The notes: generated by a model not told the origin, from the sequence alone. Shown: positions 10,345 to 21,262, numbered from the stretch's first letter. The stretch: 64,000 nucleotides of DNA from an uncultured delta proteobacterium (GCA_963847445.1 CAWJZV010000046.1:192001-256000), one strand, 5' to 3'. Translations and numbers: made by a program.

Positions 10345-11049
10345 ATGAATCTCGTGAAGGATCTTTGTGCTGAGCTCGACCAAATGGTCAACGACCAGTT
10401 CGACAGTGTCGAGTTCAAGGCGTTACTCGACCTGCCGTTGACCATGGAGCGGGCGCGTTTTTACGTCGTCCAGAACGCTTTATACACGAGCAACCGGCGC
10501 GACTGCTGGGGTTACGTTCAAGGCGCTGCGCCTTTGGATGTGAAACGGGTGATCTGGGAGCATGAAAGCGATGAATTGATCAACGATCCGCGCGCCGGCA
10601 TGGACCACTACAACCTGACCGTGAAGCAAGGCGAGGTCATCGGCCTCAAGCGCGAGGATTTTGACAACGCACAGGTGCCGGCGATGGTGCAGGCGTGCTT
10701 TCATGCCTGGCATCATATCGCCATGCGCGGCCACTGGCTGACGGCGTATACCGCGTCGCATATGCTCGAGCGCCGCAACAACGGCAAGATCGTCAAGGGC
10801 GGCGGTATGTCGTATCGTGTTGGCAAGAAGTTCGAGAACGAGTTGGGCATCAATCTAAAGCGAATGATCTCCTTGGATGTCCATGTCGTCGCCGACATGG
10901 AGCACTCCGAGAATATTTCGGAAATGTTCGAGAAATACGCCAAGACGCCGGAGGATTGCGAGCGAGTGCTGGAGGGCGCGCGCGAGTCCATGGCCATCGA
11001 CCGGGCTTACCGCGGTGCTCTGGGTTTCTACATGGAGCGGATCAATTAA
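10345..11049 (+). CDS. Heme-oxygenase-like diiron protein, paralog of 9596-10312
   Basis: Shares RRDCWGYVQG.APL.VK..W.HE.DEL, GARES..IDR.YRG and VHVVADMEH with the upstream gene; GGAGG RBS before ATG 10345. Confidence 0.78.
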   Translation: MNLVKDLCAELDQMVNDQFDSVEFKALLDLPLTMERARFYVVQNALYTSNRRDCWGYVQGAAPLDVKRVIWEHESDELINDPRAGMDHYNLTVKQGEVIGLKREDFDNAQVPAMVQACFHAWHHIAMRGHWLTAYTASHMLERRNNGKIVKGGGMSYRVGKKFENELGINLKRMISLDVHVVADMEHSENISEMFEKYAKTPEDCERVLEGARESMAIDRAYRGALGFYMERIN

Positions 11050-11083
11050 TTTTCGGTCGGCGCACTGTTAAGGAGAACCAACG

Positions 11084-12175
11084 ATGAAAAACCTGAATTT
11101 GAACGAAGCTTCGGCATACGCGGTGAAGAGTCCCTACGAGATTTATCAAGAGTGGGAAGGGATTCCGGTTCACAAAGGTTTCATCGTGCCGGATTTGTTG
11201 GCGCTGCAGTTGGGCGACTGGCAGCGCAGCGGCGGCAAGGCCGCATTCGTCAATCAAGACGGCGCCGGCGGCATGTGCGACACGGTGGTCGAAGAGATTT
11301 CCGCTGGCGGGCAACTCAAACCGCAGCGTCATATGTACGAGAAGGCGGTTTTTATCCTGCAAGGGCAGGGCGCGACGACGATCTGGAACGAGGGCGGCAA
11401 GAAACATACCCTCGAATGGCAGAAGGGCAGCCTGTTCTCGACGCCGCTCAACACCTGGCACCAGCATTTCAACGCCCAGGGCAACGAGCCGGTGCGGCTG
11501 ATTTCCCTGACCGATGCGCCGGTGGTGATCAACCGTTACCGCAATCTAGATTACATATTTAATAACAGCTTCACCTTTAGCGATCGTTACGAGGGCGGCG
11601 CCGATGCTTGGAGCGGCGCCGGCGGACGCTACCTGGGGCCGGAGATCAAGCGCGGTCGGGTGTGGGAGTCGAACTTTATCTCCGATCTATGGGCCTTCGA
11701 GCCCAAGGATTACAAAGAGCGCGGCGGCGACAATCGCACGACGCTGTTTGAGTTCGTCGATAACACGATGAGCGCCCATGTATCGGAATTTCCCATCGGC
11801 AAATACAAAAAGGCGCATCGCCATGGCGCCGGCGCGCATATCGTCATGCTCACCGGCTCGGGCTACTCGTTCCTCTGGCCGGACGGGGAATACGGCACCA
11901 AACGGCGCGTCGAGTGGGGGAGAATGAGCATGTTCACGCCGCCGATGCAGTGGTGGCACCAGCACTTCAATGCTGGCGGCGAACCGGCGCGCTATCTGGC
12001 GCTAAAACCCTGGGGCTTCAAATTCAAAGTCGAAGAATTGAAGGATACCGGCGAGGACGTGAAAAACGGCGGTGCTCAGATCGAATACCAAGATCAGAAC
12101 CCCGAGATCCATCAAGTGTTTCTCGCCGAGTGTAAAAAGTCCGGCGCCGAGCCCCGTATGCCGATGTTCGGCTAG
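11084..12175 (+). CDS. Bicupin protein (gentisate 1,2-dioxygenase-like fold)
   Basis: Two cupin repeats: QRHMYE...PLNTWHQHFN and KAHRHGAGAH...PPMQWWHQHFN; AAGGAG RBS. Confidence 0.82.
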   Translation: MKNLNLNEASAYAVKSPYEIYQEWEGIPVHKGFIVPDLLALQLGDWQRSGGKAAFVNQDGAGGMCDTVVEEISAGGQLKPQRHMYEKAVFILQGQGATTIWNEGGKKHTLEWQKGSLFSTPLNTWHQHFNAQGNEPVRLISLTDAPVVINRYRNLDYIFNNSFTFSDRYEGGADAWSGAGGRYLGPEIKRGRVWESNFISDLWAFEPKDYKERGGDNRTTLFEFVDNTMSAHVSEFPIGKYKKAHRHGAGAHIVMLTGSGYSFLWPDGEYGTKRRVEWGRMSMFTPPMQWWHQHFNAGGEPARYLALKPWGFKFKVEELKDTGEDVKNGGAQIEYQDQNPEIHQVFLAECKKSGAEPRMPMFG

Positions 12176-12257
12176 TGAATTTTCGGAGCGAGAAGTTAGC
12201 TAAGGGCAATCGAAGGATTCGTAAAGCGGCGCACGCTTTGGCATTGGTGATATTTTC

Positions 12258-12286
12258 TCGACAAGGTCAAGCCTGTGTAGTAAAAT
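12258..12286 (+). promoter_or_regulatory. Putative sigma70 promoter of the pilin gene
   Basis: TCGACA-17 bp-TAAAAT about 30 bp upstream of ATG 12315. Confidence 0.5.
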
Positions 12287-12314
12287 CCAGTCAAGTTCAA
12301 TTTAGTCGCCACCG

Positions 12315-12701
12315 ATGTCGATGCATAAATCTTCCGCCCAATCGGCCCGTGCCGGCAACGCCGGTTTCACTCTATTGGAACTGCTGGTTGTCATCGCCGT
12401 GTTGGGAATTCTAGCGGCCATTGCGATCCAGAATTTAGCCACTCATCGGGCGCGCGCCGTCGACGCTTCGATGCGCTCCGACCTGCGCAACGCGGCCATG
12501 GCGATGGAGAGCTATTTTGGTGAGTTTCTCACGTATCCCAGCACCGATACCGCGCTTTTATTGATTGGTTATCGTAAGACCAATCTGGTCACGCTGACGA
12601 TCGCAGTGACGACTCCGTCGACCTATACATTGACAGCGACACGTCCCTCCGGGAGCAAGCCAAGCTTCAGCTTCGACAGCACCACCGGGTTGATTAACTG
12701 A
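12315..12701 (+). CDS. Type IV pilin / pseudopilin with prepilin N-terminal cleavage-methylation site
   Basis: AG|FTLLELLVVIAVLGILAAIAI class III signal with Glu5. Confidence 0.9.
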   Translation: MSMHKSSAQSARAGNAGFTLLELLVVIAVLGILAAIAIQNLATHRARAVDASMRSDLRNAAMAMESYFGEFLTYPSTDTALLLIGYRKTNLVTLTIAVTTPSTYTLTATRPSGSKPSFSFDSTTGLIN

Positions 12702-13110
12702 TGGGTGTGACCCTCTACGTCGACGACTTTCTTCGCACACCTACTCATTTGCTCGCATCCGATTAGCAACGCCGACTCATCGTTTCGCTCGCGCCGCGAG
12801 CATTGCCAAAGTCTGAAATATTGTTCGAATTCCGCTGTTGAAATTTGGCAGCGGAGCAAGGGGCAAGCTCTCCGCAGTGAAGCCATGGAGCCTCTGCCTC
12901 TAAGCTCTCCTTGGATTATGGTGCGTCCGAATCGCTCGGCTGGTAAACCAGAGGTTGGAGCCGCGGCTGAACCAAGACTTTGCGACTGCGTAGTTGGCTG
13001 GCTTCACTGCTCCGGGCTCACCCCTTGCCGGTTGGAGTACTTCGTTCTCGATTGAAGAATTTGGGTTTAGCCGCACGGCCATGACCGAGCCGCGCGCGTG
13101 GTCTTGATGG

Positions 13111-13842
13111 TTACTTTGGTGTGCGCAGGAAATAGGTTTGCCCGGTAATATATCTTGCCGCGTCCGAAAGCAGGTAGCGCACCAGACCGACAATCTCAAA
13201 CTTGTGCGTCAGACCGTCCAGCAACGGCGGAACCTCTTCGCGTTTCTTGAACTGCTCTTCGCTGAAGCCGATGCGCGACATCGGTGTATCCGTTGCACCG
13301 GGACAGACGCAGTTGACCGTGATGTTGTTCGGCGCCAGCTCGACGGCGAGGGATTTGGTGAAGGCGATCACGCCGGCCTTGGATGCCGCGTAATGGGCCG
13401 AGCGCGGTTGGCCGGCGACGCCGCGGCCCGATGCGATACTGAGAATGCGTCCTTCGTTGCGCGGAATCATGTGCCTGGCGGCAGCCTGGGCGCAGAGGAA
13501 CACGCCCTTCAAGTTAATCCGCATCAGCCGGTCCCACATCTCTTCCGGCATGTCGATGACCGGCACCCGATCCATGACGCCGGCGCCGCAAAAGATGTTG
13601 TCGACCTGACCGTACTTCGCGACCGCTTGCTCCATCATGGACGCGACGCTTTTGGGATCGCCGACATCGACCTGCACGGCGATGGCGCTGCCTTTGGCAT
13701 CGCGAATCTCAGCGGCGACTTTCTCCGCCCCCTCTTTGGCGTAGTCCGCGACGACGACGTTTAGCCCATCGGCTGCCAGGCCGCGGGAAATTTCCGAACA
13801 GATACCGCCGGCGCCGCCGGTGACTAGAATTGTTTTTGCCAT
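13111..13842 (-). CDS. Short-chain dehydrogenase/reductase (FabG-like)
   Basis: TGGAGGI, YAASK catalytic motif, NCVCPG and YITGQ. Confidence 0.9.
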   Translation of the reverse strand: MAKTILVTGGAGGICSEISRGLAADGLNVVVADYAKEGAEKVAAEIRDAKGSAIAVQVDVGDPKSVASMMEQAVAKYGQVDNIFCGAGVMDRVPVIDMPEEMWDRLMRINLKGVFLCAQAAARHMIPRNEGRILSIASGRGVAGQPRSAHYAASKAGVIAFTKSLAVELAPNNITVNCVCPGATDTPMSRIGFSEEQFKKREEVPPLLDGLTHKFEIVGLVRYLLSDAARYITGQTYFLRTPK

Positions 13843-13913
13843 GACTCGTCTCCCTTTTGTCTATTGATAAGTTTGGCGAAGCTATCACCGCGGTTTGTCC
13901 GCGTCAACTTTTG

Positions 13914-15256
13914 TTAGCGGCCGCGCATCCAGGCTTGATTCACGAAGCGGCTCACATTGGTCGCGGCGCGCCAGGCCATGAGCGCGGCGATGGCGAGCAA
14001 TATTCCCGGTAGTCCCAAGTCAAATTGCCGCGCCGACCAGGCGAGCGGTATCATGATCATGGCGCCGCCGACCATGGCCCACATGAGGTAGCGGGTGTCG
14101 CGGGCGCCGATCAGTAGCCCGTCGAGGACAAAGACGGCGCCGTTGAGCGGTTGGATGAGACAAACCAGGATCGTCGCGCCTGGCGTTAGCAGCGCGATGA
14201 CTTCGACGCTGGTGGTAAAAAACTTAACGATAGTCTCCCACGCAAAGGCGAAGCTTACTGCGAATAGCAGACCCGCGATAATGCCACAGAGCGTCAGGGT
14301 CACGCCCATGCGGTATGCGCGCGCCTTTTCTGCCGATCCCAAGTATTTGGCGACCAGCGCTTGGCCGGCGATGGCCAGGCCGTCGATGACATCGGAGCAA
14401 AGCATAAAGAGCTGAAAGACGATTTCATAGGCGGATAGGGTCGCCGTGCCCATGCGCGCGGCAGTGCTGGTGGCGAAGATCAGCGAGAGGCGCAGTGCGC
14501 CGGTGCGAATGGCGAGATCTTGGCCAATGCGGAACAGCGGCCGCAGGCCGGCGCTGGTGATGCGCCACGGGATCGCGCGGTAGACGGCGGTCCGTGGTGA
14601 GTAAAAGAATAGTCCGAAGTAAGCATCGCGCCGATAAGTTGCGCACACCAGGCGGCCACCGCGGCTCCGGTCAGCCCCAGGGCCGGCAGGCCCAATCGAC
14701 CGTAGATCAGTCCGTAGTCGAGAGTGAGTTGTATGGCGGTAATGGCAAACGCCGTCACCATCGGCACTGTGGTGTTTTGAATGCCGCGATAAAACCCGAC
14801 CGAGCAGTAGATCGTCAATGTGAACGGCGCACTAGCAATGTAAATGCGAAAATAATTCGCGCCCTGCGCGGCCACGGCGGCCTCTGCGCCCATCAACTGG
14901 TAGAGCGGCTCGGCAAACAGGGCGCCGGCGCATGCGATGAATAGGCCGCCGGTGAGCGCGACAAACAGCGCGTGAAGATAAGTTTCGCCGCAGGCCTTGC
15001 TATCCCCGGCGCCATAATGATGCCCGATGAGACTGGTAGTGCCGAAGGTGAGGAAAGCGAAAAGCCAATAGACCGTGCCGATAAGCGCCGCGCCAACGGC
15101 ACGGGCGGCCAATGCCTCGGCACTCAATCTGCCGATCATGGCGGTCTCGCCGATATTCAACAACGGCAGACTCGCTTGCGCGAGCATCGCCGGAATCGCC
15201 AGGACGAGGATTTCGCGCAGGTCGGAGCGGTGTGAGGGTTGTCGCGAATCAGTCAA
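13914..15256 (-). CDS. MATE family efflux transporter, DinF-like (frameshift near 14625)
   Basis: LAIPAMLAQASLPLL, FLTFGTTSLIGHHYGAGD, GFYRGIQNT and VFVLDGLLIGARDTRYL. Confidence 0.88.
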
Positions 15257-15344
15257 GGTGGGTTCGATACGTCGGAGAGCGACGTAGGGTCACTCGATGG
15301 AAAATTCAAGCTCGCCACGAAGAGCATTGCGCGGCAGAGCCGGA

Positions 15345-15595
15345 ACCGAAACTCGGAATATCTCCCGCAAAGGCGCTAAGCTCGCAAAGGTGACGGGCCT
15401 ATGCTCGTCCTCCCGAGCGGATGCGAGGGATCTGAGAAAGATTTCTCCCTGTGGTCGAAATGACAATAACTCTGAATGTGGTGCCTTTGCGCCTTGGAAC
15501 TGTGTCGTTATTGTCATGCCGAGGCGAAGGCGAAGAATCTCGCTTTCGCAAGTGGCAGACGAGGCGAGATCCTTCGCTCTGCTCAGGATGACAGG
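15345..15595. repeat. Composite cluster of REP-like palindromes (GTCAT...ATGAC family)
   Basis: cgtcctcccgagcggatgcgagggatct...agatttctccc..ggtcgaaatgaca and tgtcatgccgaggcgaaggcgaagaatct...agatccttcgctctgctcaggatgaca; related copies at 42480-42650 (inverted) and 48059-48140. Confidence 0.8.
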
Positions 15596-15694
15596 TCTGG
15601 GATTTTTGCGCATTGTGACACAGTCTCCTTGGCGGGAGGAATGTTCGAATCCGAGTGTTTTCAATTTCGGGATCGTTTGCGCAAGCCACGCAAA

Positions 15695-16603
15695 TCAATT
15701 GATTCGCGCCGCGTCCGCCGGCCCGAGCGACCATTCTACGGTGTCCGGATGAATGATCCGCGCGAGAATTTCCAGTCCGTTGACGAGCCGCGGGCCGGGC
15801 CGGCTGAAGTAGGCGTTGCCGTTGAGCGCGAATACCCGTTCCGCGCGCACGGCCGGCAGGTCGTTCCAGCCGGGCAGAGCGCGCAGCGGCGTCGACTCTT
15901 TCACCGTGCGGCGGACGTCGAAACCGCAGGGCATAAGCAGAATCACTTCCGGCTGGGCGTCGACAACCTGGCGCCAGTCGATTTTCGCCGAAGGCTCGCC
16001 GGCACGACCGAGGACGTCATGACCGCCGGCGAGGGCGACCATCTCCGGCACCCAGTGACCGGCGCTGTAGAGCGGCTCGAACCACTCCAAACAAACCACC
16101 CGCGGGCGGCGGTCCGGTTCACGGCCGCCGACCTGCTCGATGCGTTGGCGCAGATTGTCGACCAGCGCCATGGCGGCGTTGCTCCGTCCGGTGGCCGCGC
16201 CGACGCGGCGAATATCGTCAAGGATCTCCTGCATGCTATGGGGGTTCAAAGAAACGATCGCCGGTGGGCGCAACAATTTGCCGGCGGCTTTGACGACTTC
16301 GCCGTAGTCCAGGGCGCAGACCTCGCACAGGCCTTGGGTGAGGATGACATCCGGCGCGGCATCGGCGAAAGCCGCTTCATCGATGAAGTACAGACCTTTA
16401 CCAGCTTGTAACAACTCGGCGACTTTGCGATCGATCTCAGCACCGCTCATGCGTTTGGGTCGAGACAGGCTTTTGACGACGATGGGTTTGTCTTGCGCCT
16501 CCGCGGGGTGGTCGCATTCATGGGTGACGCCGACAATTTGATCGCCAAGACCGAGAGCAAAAGCAATTTCAGTCGCGCCTGGCAGCAGGGAGCAAATGCG
16601 CAT
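15695..16603 (-). CDS. Cobalamin/Fe-siderophore-type periplasmic binding protein (BtuF-like)
   Basis: MRICSLLPGATEIAFALGLGDQIVGVTHECDHP, TQGLCEVCA and YFSRPGPRL. Confidence 0.85.
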   Translation of the reverse strand: MRICSLLPGATEIAFALGLGDQIVGVTHECDHPAEAQDKPIVVKSLSRPKRMSGAEIDRKVAELLQAGKGLYFIDEAAFADAAPDVILTQGLCEVCALDYGEVVKAAGKLLRPPAIVSLNPHSMQEILDDIRRVGAATGRSNAAMALVDNLRQRIEQVGGREPDRRPRVVCLEWFEPLYSAGHWVPEMVALAGGHDVLGRAGEPSAKIDWRQVVDAQPEVILLMPCGFDVRRTVKESTPLRALPGWNDLPAVRAERVFALNGNAYFSRPGPRLVNGLEILARIIHPDTVEWSLGPADAARIN

Positions 16604-16651
16604 GGCCGATGCATAGCGTATGAGCCGGCTTTATGCTACCGAAAAGGCTTC

Positions 16652-16900
16652 ATGTCTGAGCAATTTCGAGTGTGGACAGTCTTGGCGGAGAAGAATTTTG
16701 GTTTGTTTTGGGCGAGCTTGCCGGTCTCGTCGATCGGCAAGCAGCTTTCCCATGTGGCCATCGGTTGGCAGATCTACGCGCTGACCAGTGCGCCTTTGCC
16801 GTTGGGGCTCACCGGCGTCTTGGGCGCTTGCCGGTGGTGGTGGTCTCGCTGACCGGCGGCTTGTTGAGCTTCGTGGTTGTTGCCGCAGTGGCAGCGAAGC
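16652..16900 (+). pseudogene. Truncated MFS transporter remnant (N-terminal helices only)
   Basis: NFGLFWASLPVSSIGKQLSHVAIGWQIYALTSAPLPLGLTG is a typical MFS N-terminus, but similarity ends after about 80 codons. Confidence 0.6.
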
Positions 16901-17047
16901 TGCCGGCGAAAAAATTTCCACCCCAAGATAGTCAGTTGTGAGTAGTCAGAAGTCAGATCGGTGCCGCGAAACAGTCGATGAAGTTTAATCGTTAGATGCC
17001 GGAGAGCCGGCAATGCTTGCAGAACCGCGATCGCGATACGCAATGTC

Positions 17048-18376
17048 TTACGCGATACCCTTACCCAGTTCCGTCGTACACGGGCATTGATCGGGAAAGC
17101 GTGCGCAGGCGAGTTCCGCTTCAGCCTTAACGCCGGCCGGCGCCTTCTGGCGCAATTGGGCGCGCAGCCGCTGGGTGGCAAAGAGCCAGACAATCACTGT
17201 CGTCAACGTCAGCCAAGCCATCCAACGGGTGTCCAGTGGCCCAGTGACGTTGCCGCCGGGAGCGACCCGTTGAACCCAAAAATATAATCCGACGGCGGCG
17301 ATGCCCTCGGCGATGCGTGCGCCGACGCCATCGACGGCGATCTTAACCAGCGAGCGCTCGCTGGATTCGATCGGGATAAACGCTTGTTCCCAGATCGACC
17401 GGTGAATCGACGAGCGCAGGCCGCCTTCGGTGACGCGCAGTACCGATAGGCTGAAGGCGGTGGCCGCCGCGCCGGCAAACCCGGCGCCGCCGATCAAGGC
17501 AAAGGGCAGGATCATCAAGCCGCCGCCGACGCCGATCTTGTCTTGGATCTTGGGCGCGGCGAAGAGCTGCAAGAGCAACGAACTAAAATTGAGCATGATG
17601 TAGAAGTTGGCGAAGAAGTTGGCGTTGCCCTTGGAACCCATGCTTGCGCTGGTGGCCGTGAGGTAAAATTGCACGTCGATGAGCACTCCGGCCAGGGCGC
17701 CGGCCATGGCGATGAAAAAGCAGTCCGACGGCGTAGGGCTTCGCCAGCGGCGCGAAAAAACTACGCTGCTTCTCGGTGTCTTTCATTTGGCGCGAGATTG
17801 CTCGGAAATTGTCGGTGCGTTTGCAGGACCAACGCGACCACCGCGAGGATCATCAGCGCGCCGATGAAGATCAGCCACTTGGGTTCGACCAGCGGGCCGA
17901 CCCATTTGGCGATGAAGCCGCCCGCCATCCCGCCGGCGAGGGAGCTAGCACCGATCTTGCCAAAAGCGCGCGCCGCTTGCGGCTTGGGCGTGGTCTCGAA
18001 AATATCGCTGGCGAGCAACCATAGGCTCGCGAACATGATGCCGAATACGCCGGGGATGAAAACAAAAATATTCAAAAGCAGCGGCGATTCACCGGGCCGA
18101 AGAAATGGCGCTGCCATACCCAGCACGCCGGCGGCGATTATCATCAGGCTCGACCCGCGCCGGCCGCGCGCCCCAACTCTTCATCGCTTTGACGAATAAC
18201 ATCGCGAGGGGCAGCGAGGCGGCGGTGATCATCATGGTCGCCACCGGCAGTTGAAATATGCCGTTGCCCTGAAAGAACAACGCGTCGCGGCCGGTCTTGG
18301 CGACGATAAAAGCCGCAGTCAGGATGCCGAGGCAGAGGGCGGGGTAGAGAGTGCGATGTCGTTCGGGGTCAATCAT
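17048..18376 (-). CDS. TLC/Npt1-type (ATP/ADP translocase-like) MFS transporter (frameshifted)
   Basis: KTGRDALF, WLLASDIF....AARAFGKIG, FFANFY, RVTEGGLRSSIHRSIWEQAFIPI and KIAVDGVGARIAEG. Confidence 0.72.
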
Positions 18377-18611
18377 GGTGCGTTGGGGGAGTTGAAGTCA
18401 GGAGTCAGGATCACGAGGGGGCAGTCTAGTTCTCGATGATTGTAAATTCCTGCCATGGCGGATAACGACCTTAAGGCGCTAAAGTTCCTGCCATCACTGG
18501 GAATTTATGGCTTCCGGTTGAAACACCTTGGCCACGCAAGGCGGGATGATTGATTTAGTCGTCGATGCGCACTGATCTCAACGCGGAACCTGAAACGCGA
18601 AACCGATCGAA

Positions 18612-21262
18612 TCATTCGCCATACTGCTGAATCAGCTTCGCCACCAGCGCGGTCCAGCCGGTTTGGTGGCTGGCGCCGATGCCGGCGCCGTTGTCGCCGT
18701 GGAAGTATTCGTGGAACGGGATCAGGTCGCGCCAGTGGGGGTCGTTCTGGAATTTTTCCGTGCCGCCGAAGACCGGCCGGTGGCCGTTTTGATCTTCAGT
18801 GAAAATACGCGTCAGGCGTTGGGATAACTCACCGGCGACCTCCCAGAGATTCATCTTGTTGCCCGGAGCCGGTGGGACATTCGACTTTGAAGTTGTCGCC
18901 GAGAAAGTAATGAAATTTCTGCAGCGACTCGATGAGTAGAATAATTGACCGGAAACCAGATCGGGCCGCGCCAGTTGGAGTTGCCGCCGAACAGACCGGT
19001 GCTCGATTCCGCCGGCTCGTAGTCGACGCGGTAGTCCATGCCGTTGACTTTGAGCGTGTATGGATGGTCGCGATGGTAGCGCGAGAGCGGCGCGGATGCC
19101 GTAGGGCGACAGGAATTCATTTTCATCCAACATGTAATGCGAGCACGCGCTTCAGACGATGCCGGTTGACCAGCGAGAGAAAGCGGCGCGGCCCGTCATC
19201 CGTCGCTTGGGTTTCGATATGGTCGCTCAGCTCCGGGCGGTTCTCGATGAACCATTGCATGCGCCGTTTGAAGCCGGGCAACTTGTCGATCAACGGTCTG
19301 GGTCCAGAGTTTCCACGGCGAATAGCGGAATCAGGCCCGACCAGGGAGCGGACTTTCAAGGGCGACCGTTCTCCGTTCGGCAGGGACAAGCACATCGTAG
19401 AAAAATCCGTCTTTGGCGTCCCACAGCTCGATGTTCTCGCCGCCGAGGTTGTTCATGGCGCTCGCAGATGTAGACAAAATGCTCGAAGAACTTGCTCGCG
19501 ACATCTTCGTAGGCGGGGTTGTCCTTGGCCAATTCCAATGCGATTGCCAGCATGTTGAGACAATACATGCCCATCCAGCTGGTGCCGTCGGACTGCTCGA
19601 TGTGGCCGCCGGTGGGCAGCGGCGCGCTGCGGTCGAAGACGCCGATGTTGTCGAGGCCCGAGAAAGCCACCCTGGAAAACGTTTCTGCCGTCGGCGTCCT
19701 TGCGGTTGACCCACCAGGTGAAATTGAGCATCAGCTTCTGAAAAATCCGCTCAAGAAACTTGCGGTCGCCTTCGCCGCGCCGTTTCATCTCGACTTTGTA
19801 GACACGCCAGGCGGCCCAGGCGTGGACCGGCGGATTGACATCGCCAAAGGCCCACTCGTAGGCCGGCAGCTGGCCGTTGGGATGCATGTACCACTCGCGG
19901 GTCATGAGCAGTAACTGCTCCTTGGCGAAGGCCGAGTCGACGATCGCCAGGGCGACGCAGTGAAAGGCCAGATCCCAAGCGGCGTACCAGGGATACTCCC
20001 ACTTGTCGGGCATCGAGATGACATCCGCGTTGTAGAGGTGGCGCCACTCGTGATTGCGGCCGGCGGCGCGCTCCTTGGGCGGATCGGCGGCGCCAGGGTC
20101 GCCTTTGATCCAACGATTGACGTCGTAGTAGTAAAACTGTTTGCTCCACAGCAGTCCGCCCAAGGCTTGGCGCATGACGTTCTTGCGGTCCGCGGGCGCG
20201 CCATCGGGAATCACCGTGGCGTAAAACTCATCCGCTTCATCTCGCCGTTGCGTGAATAATTCTTCGAACTTGCCGTCGAATGCGTTAAGTTTGCGCGGGG
20301 CCGCCGTCGCTCAGGCGCAGTCGCACCGCGATCGTCTGGCCAGGCGCGACGGTCATCTGATAATGCGCCGCGGCCTTGGTGCCGGTCGCTGCCGGATTGA
20401 CCGCCTGTTTGGCGCCGTGAACGACATATTCGTTGATGCCGTCTTTTACGTAGGCCGCGTCGTTTTCCAAACCATAGATGCGCTGCGCATTGGTTTCGTT
20501 CTCGGTGAACAGCAACTCGGGCCTGCCTTCGCAGTAGAGCCAACGGTTGCCATAGTAGTTTTGATTGAGCTTGATCGCCGTGACTTCGGCGGCTTCCTCG
20601 CGGTTGAGTCTGGGCTTGCGCGCGTCCAAGCCCCAGGACCACGTGTTGCGGAACCAGACAGTCGGCAGGAGGTGCAACGGCGCGGCCTCCGTGCCGCGAT
20701 TGGTGGCCTCGATGCGGATCAAGATATCGTCAGTGCCGGCCTTGGCGTATTCGATGACTACGTCGAAATAGCGGTTGTCGTCGAAGATGCCGGTGTCGAT
20801 CAGTTCGAACTCCAGATCGCCTTTGCCGCGCCGGCGGTTTTCTTCGACCAACCGCCCGTAGGGAAATTCTGCTTGCGGGTACTTGTAGAGGAATTTCATG
20901 TAGGAGTGGGTCGGCGTCGAGTCGAGATAAAAATAATACTCTTTAACGTCTTCGCCGTGGTTGCCCTCGTTACCGGTGAGACCGAAGAGGCGTTCTTTCA
21001 GAATTGCATCCTTGCCGTTCCACAGGGCCAGGGCAAAACAAATATACTGATGGCGGTCGCAGATGCCGCCGAGCCCGTCTTCGCCCCAGCGGTAAGCGCG
21101 GCTGCGCGCGTGATCGTGCGGGAACGAATCCCACGCGGTGCCGTCGGCACTGTAGTCTTCGCGCACCGTGCCCCACTGGCGCTCGGACAAGTAGGGTCCC
21201 CAGCGTTTCCAGTTGGCTTTACGGGTGAGGTCCTGATGCAGGCGAAGTTCTTCCTGGGTCAC
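18612..21262 (-). CDS. MGH1-like glycoside hydrolase (GH63 glucosidase), multiple frameshifts
   Basis: [52 protein letters not shown] and [24 protein letters not shown]. Confidence 0.9.

Noticed and set aside
12238-12256. TTGGCAT upstream of the pilin as a sigma54 promoter
   Set aside because: No TTGC at the -12 position; a sigma70-like promoter fits better.
15290-15752. ORFs spanning the repeat cluster
   Set aside because: They are translations of REP-like palindromes with no protein motifs.
7950-16603. EutA plus BtuF-like protein as a B12-dependent ethanolamine utilisation locus
   Set aside because: No eutBC or other B12 enzyme; the BtuF-like gene is 6 kb away on the opposite strand and no B12 riboswitch was found.
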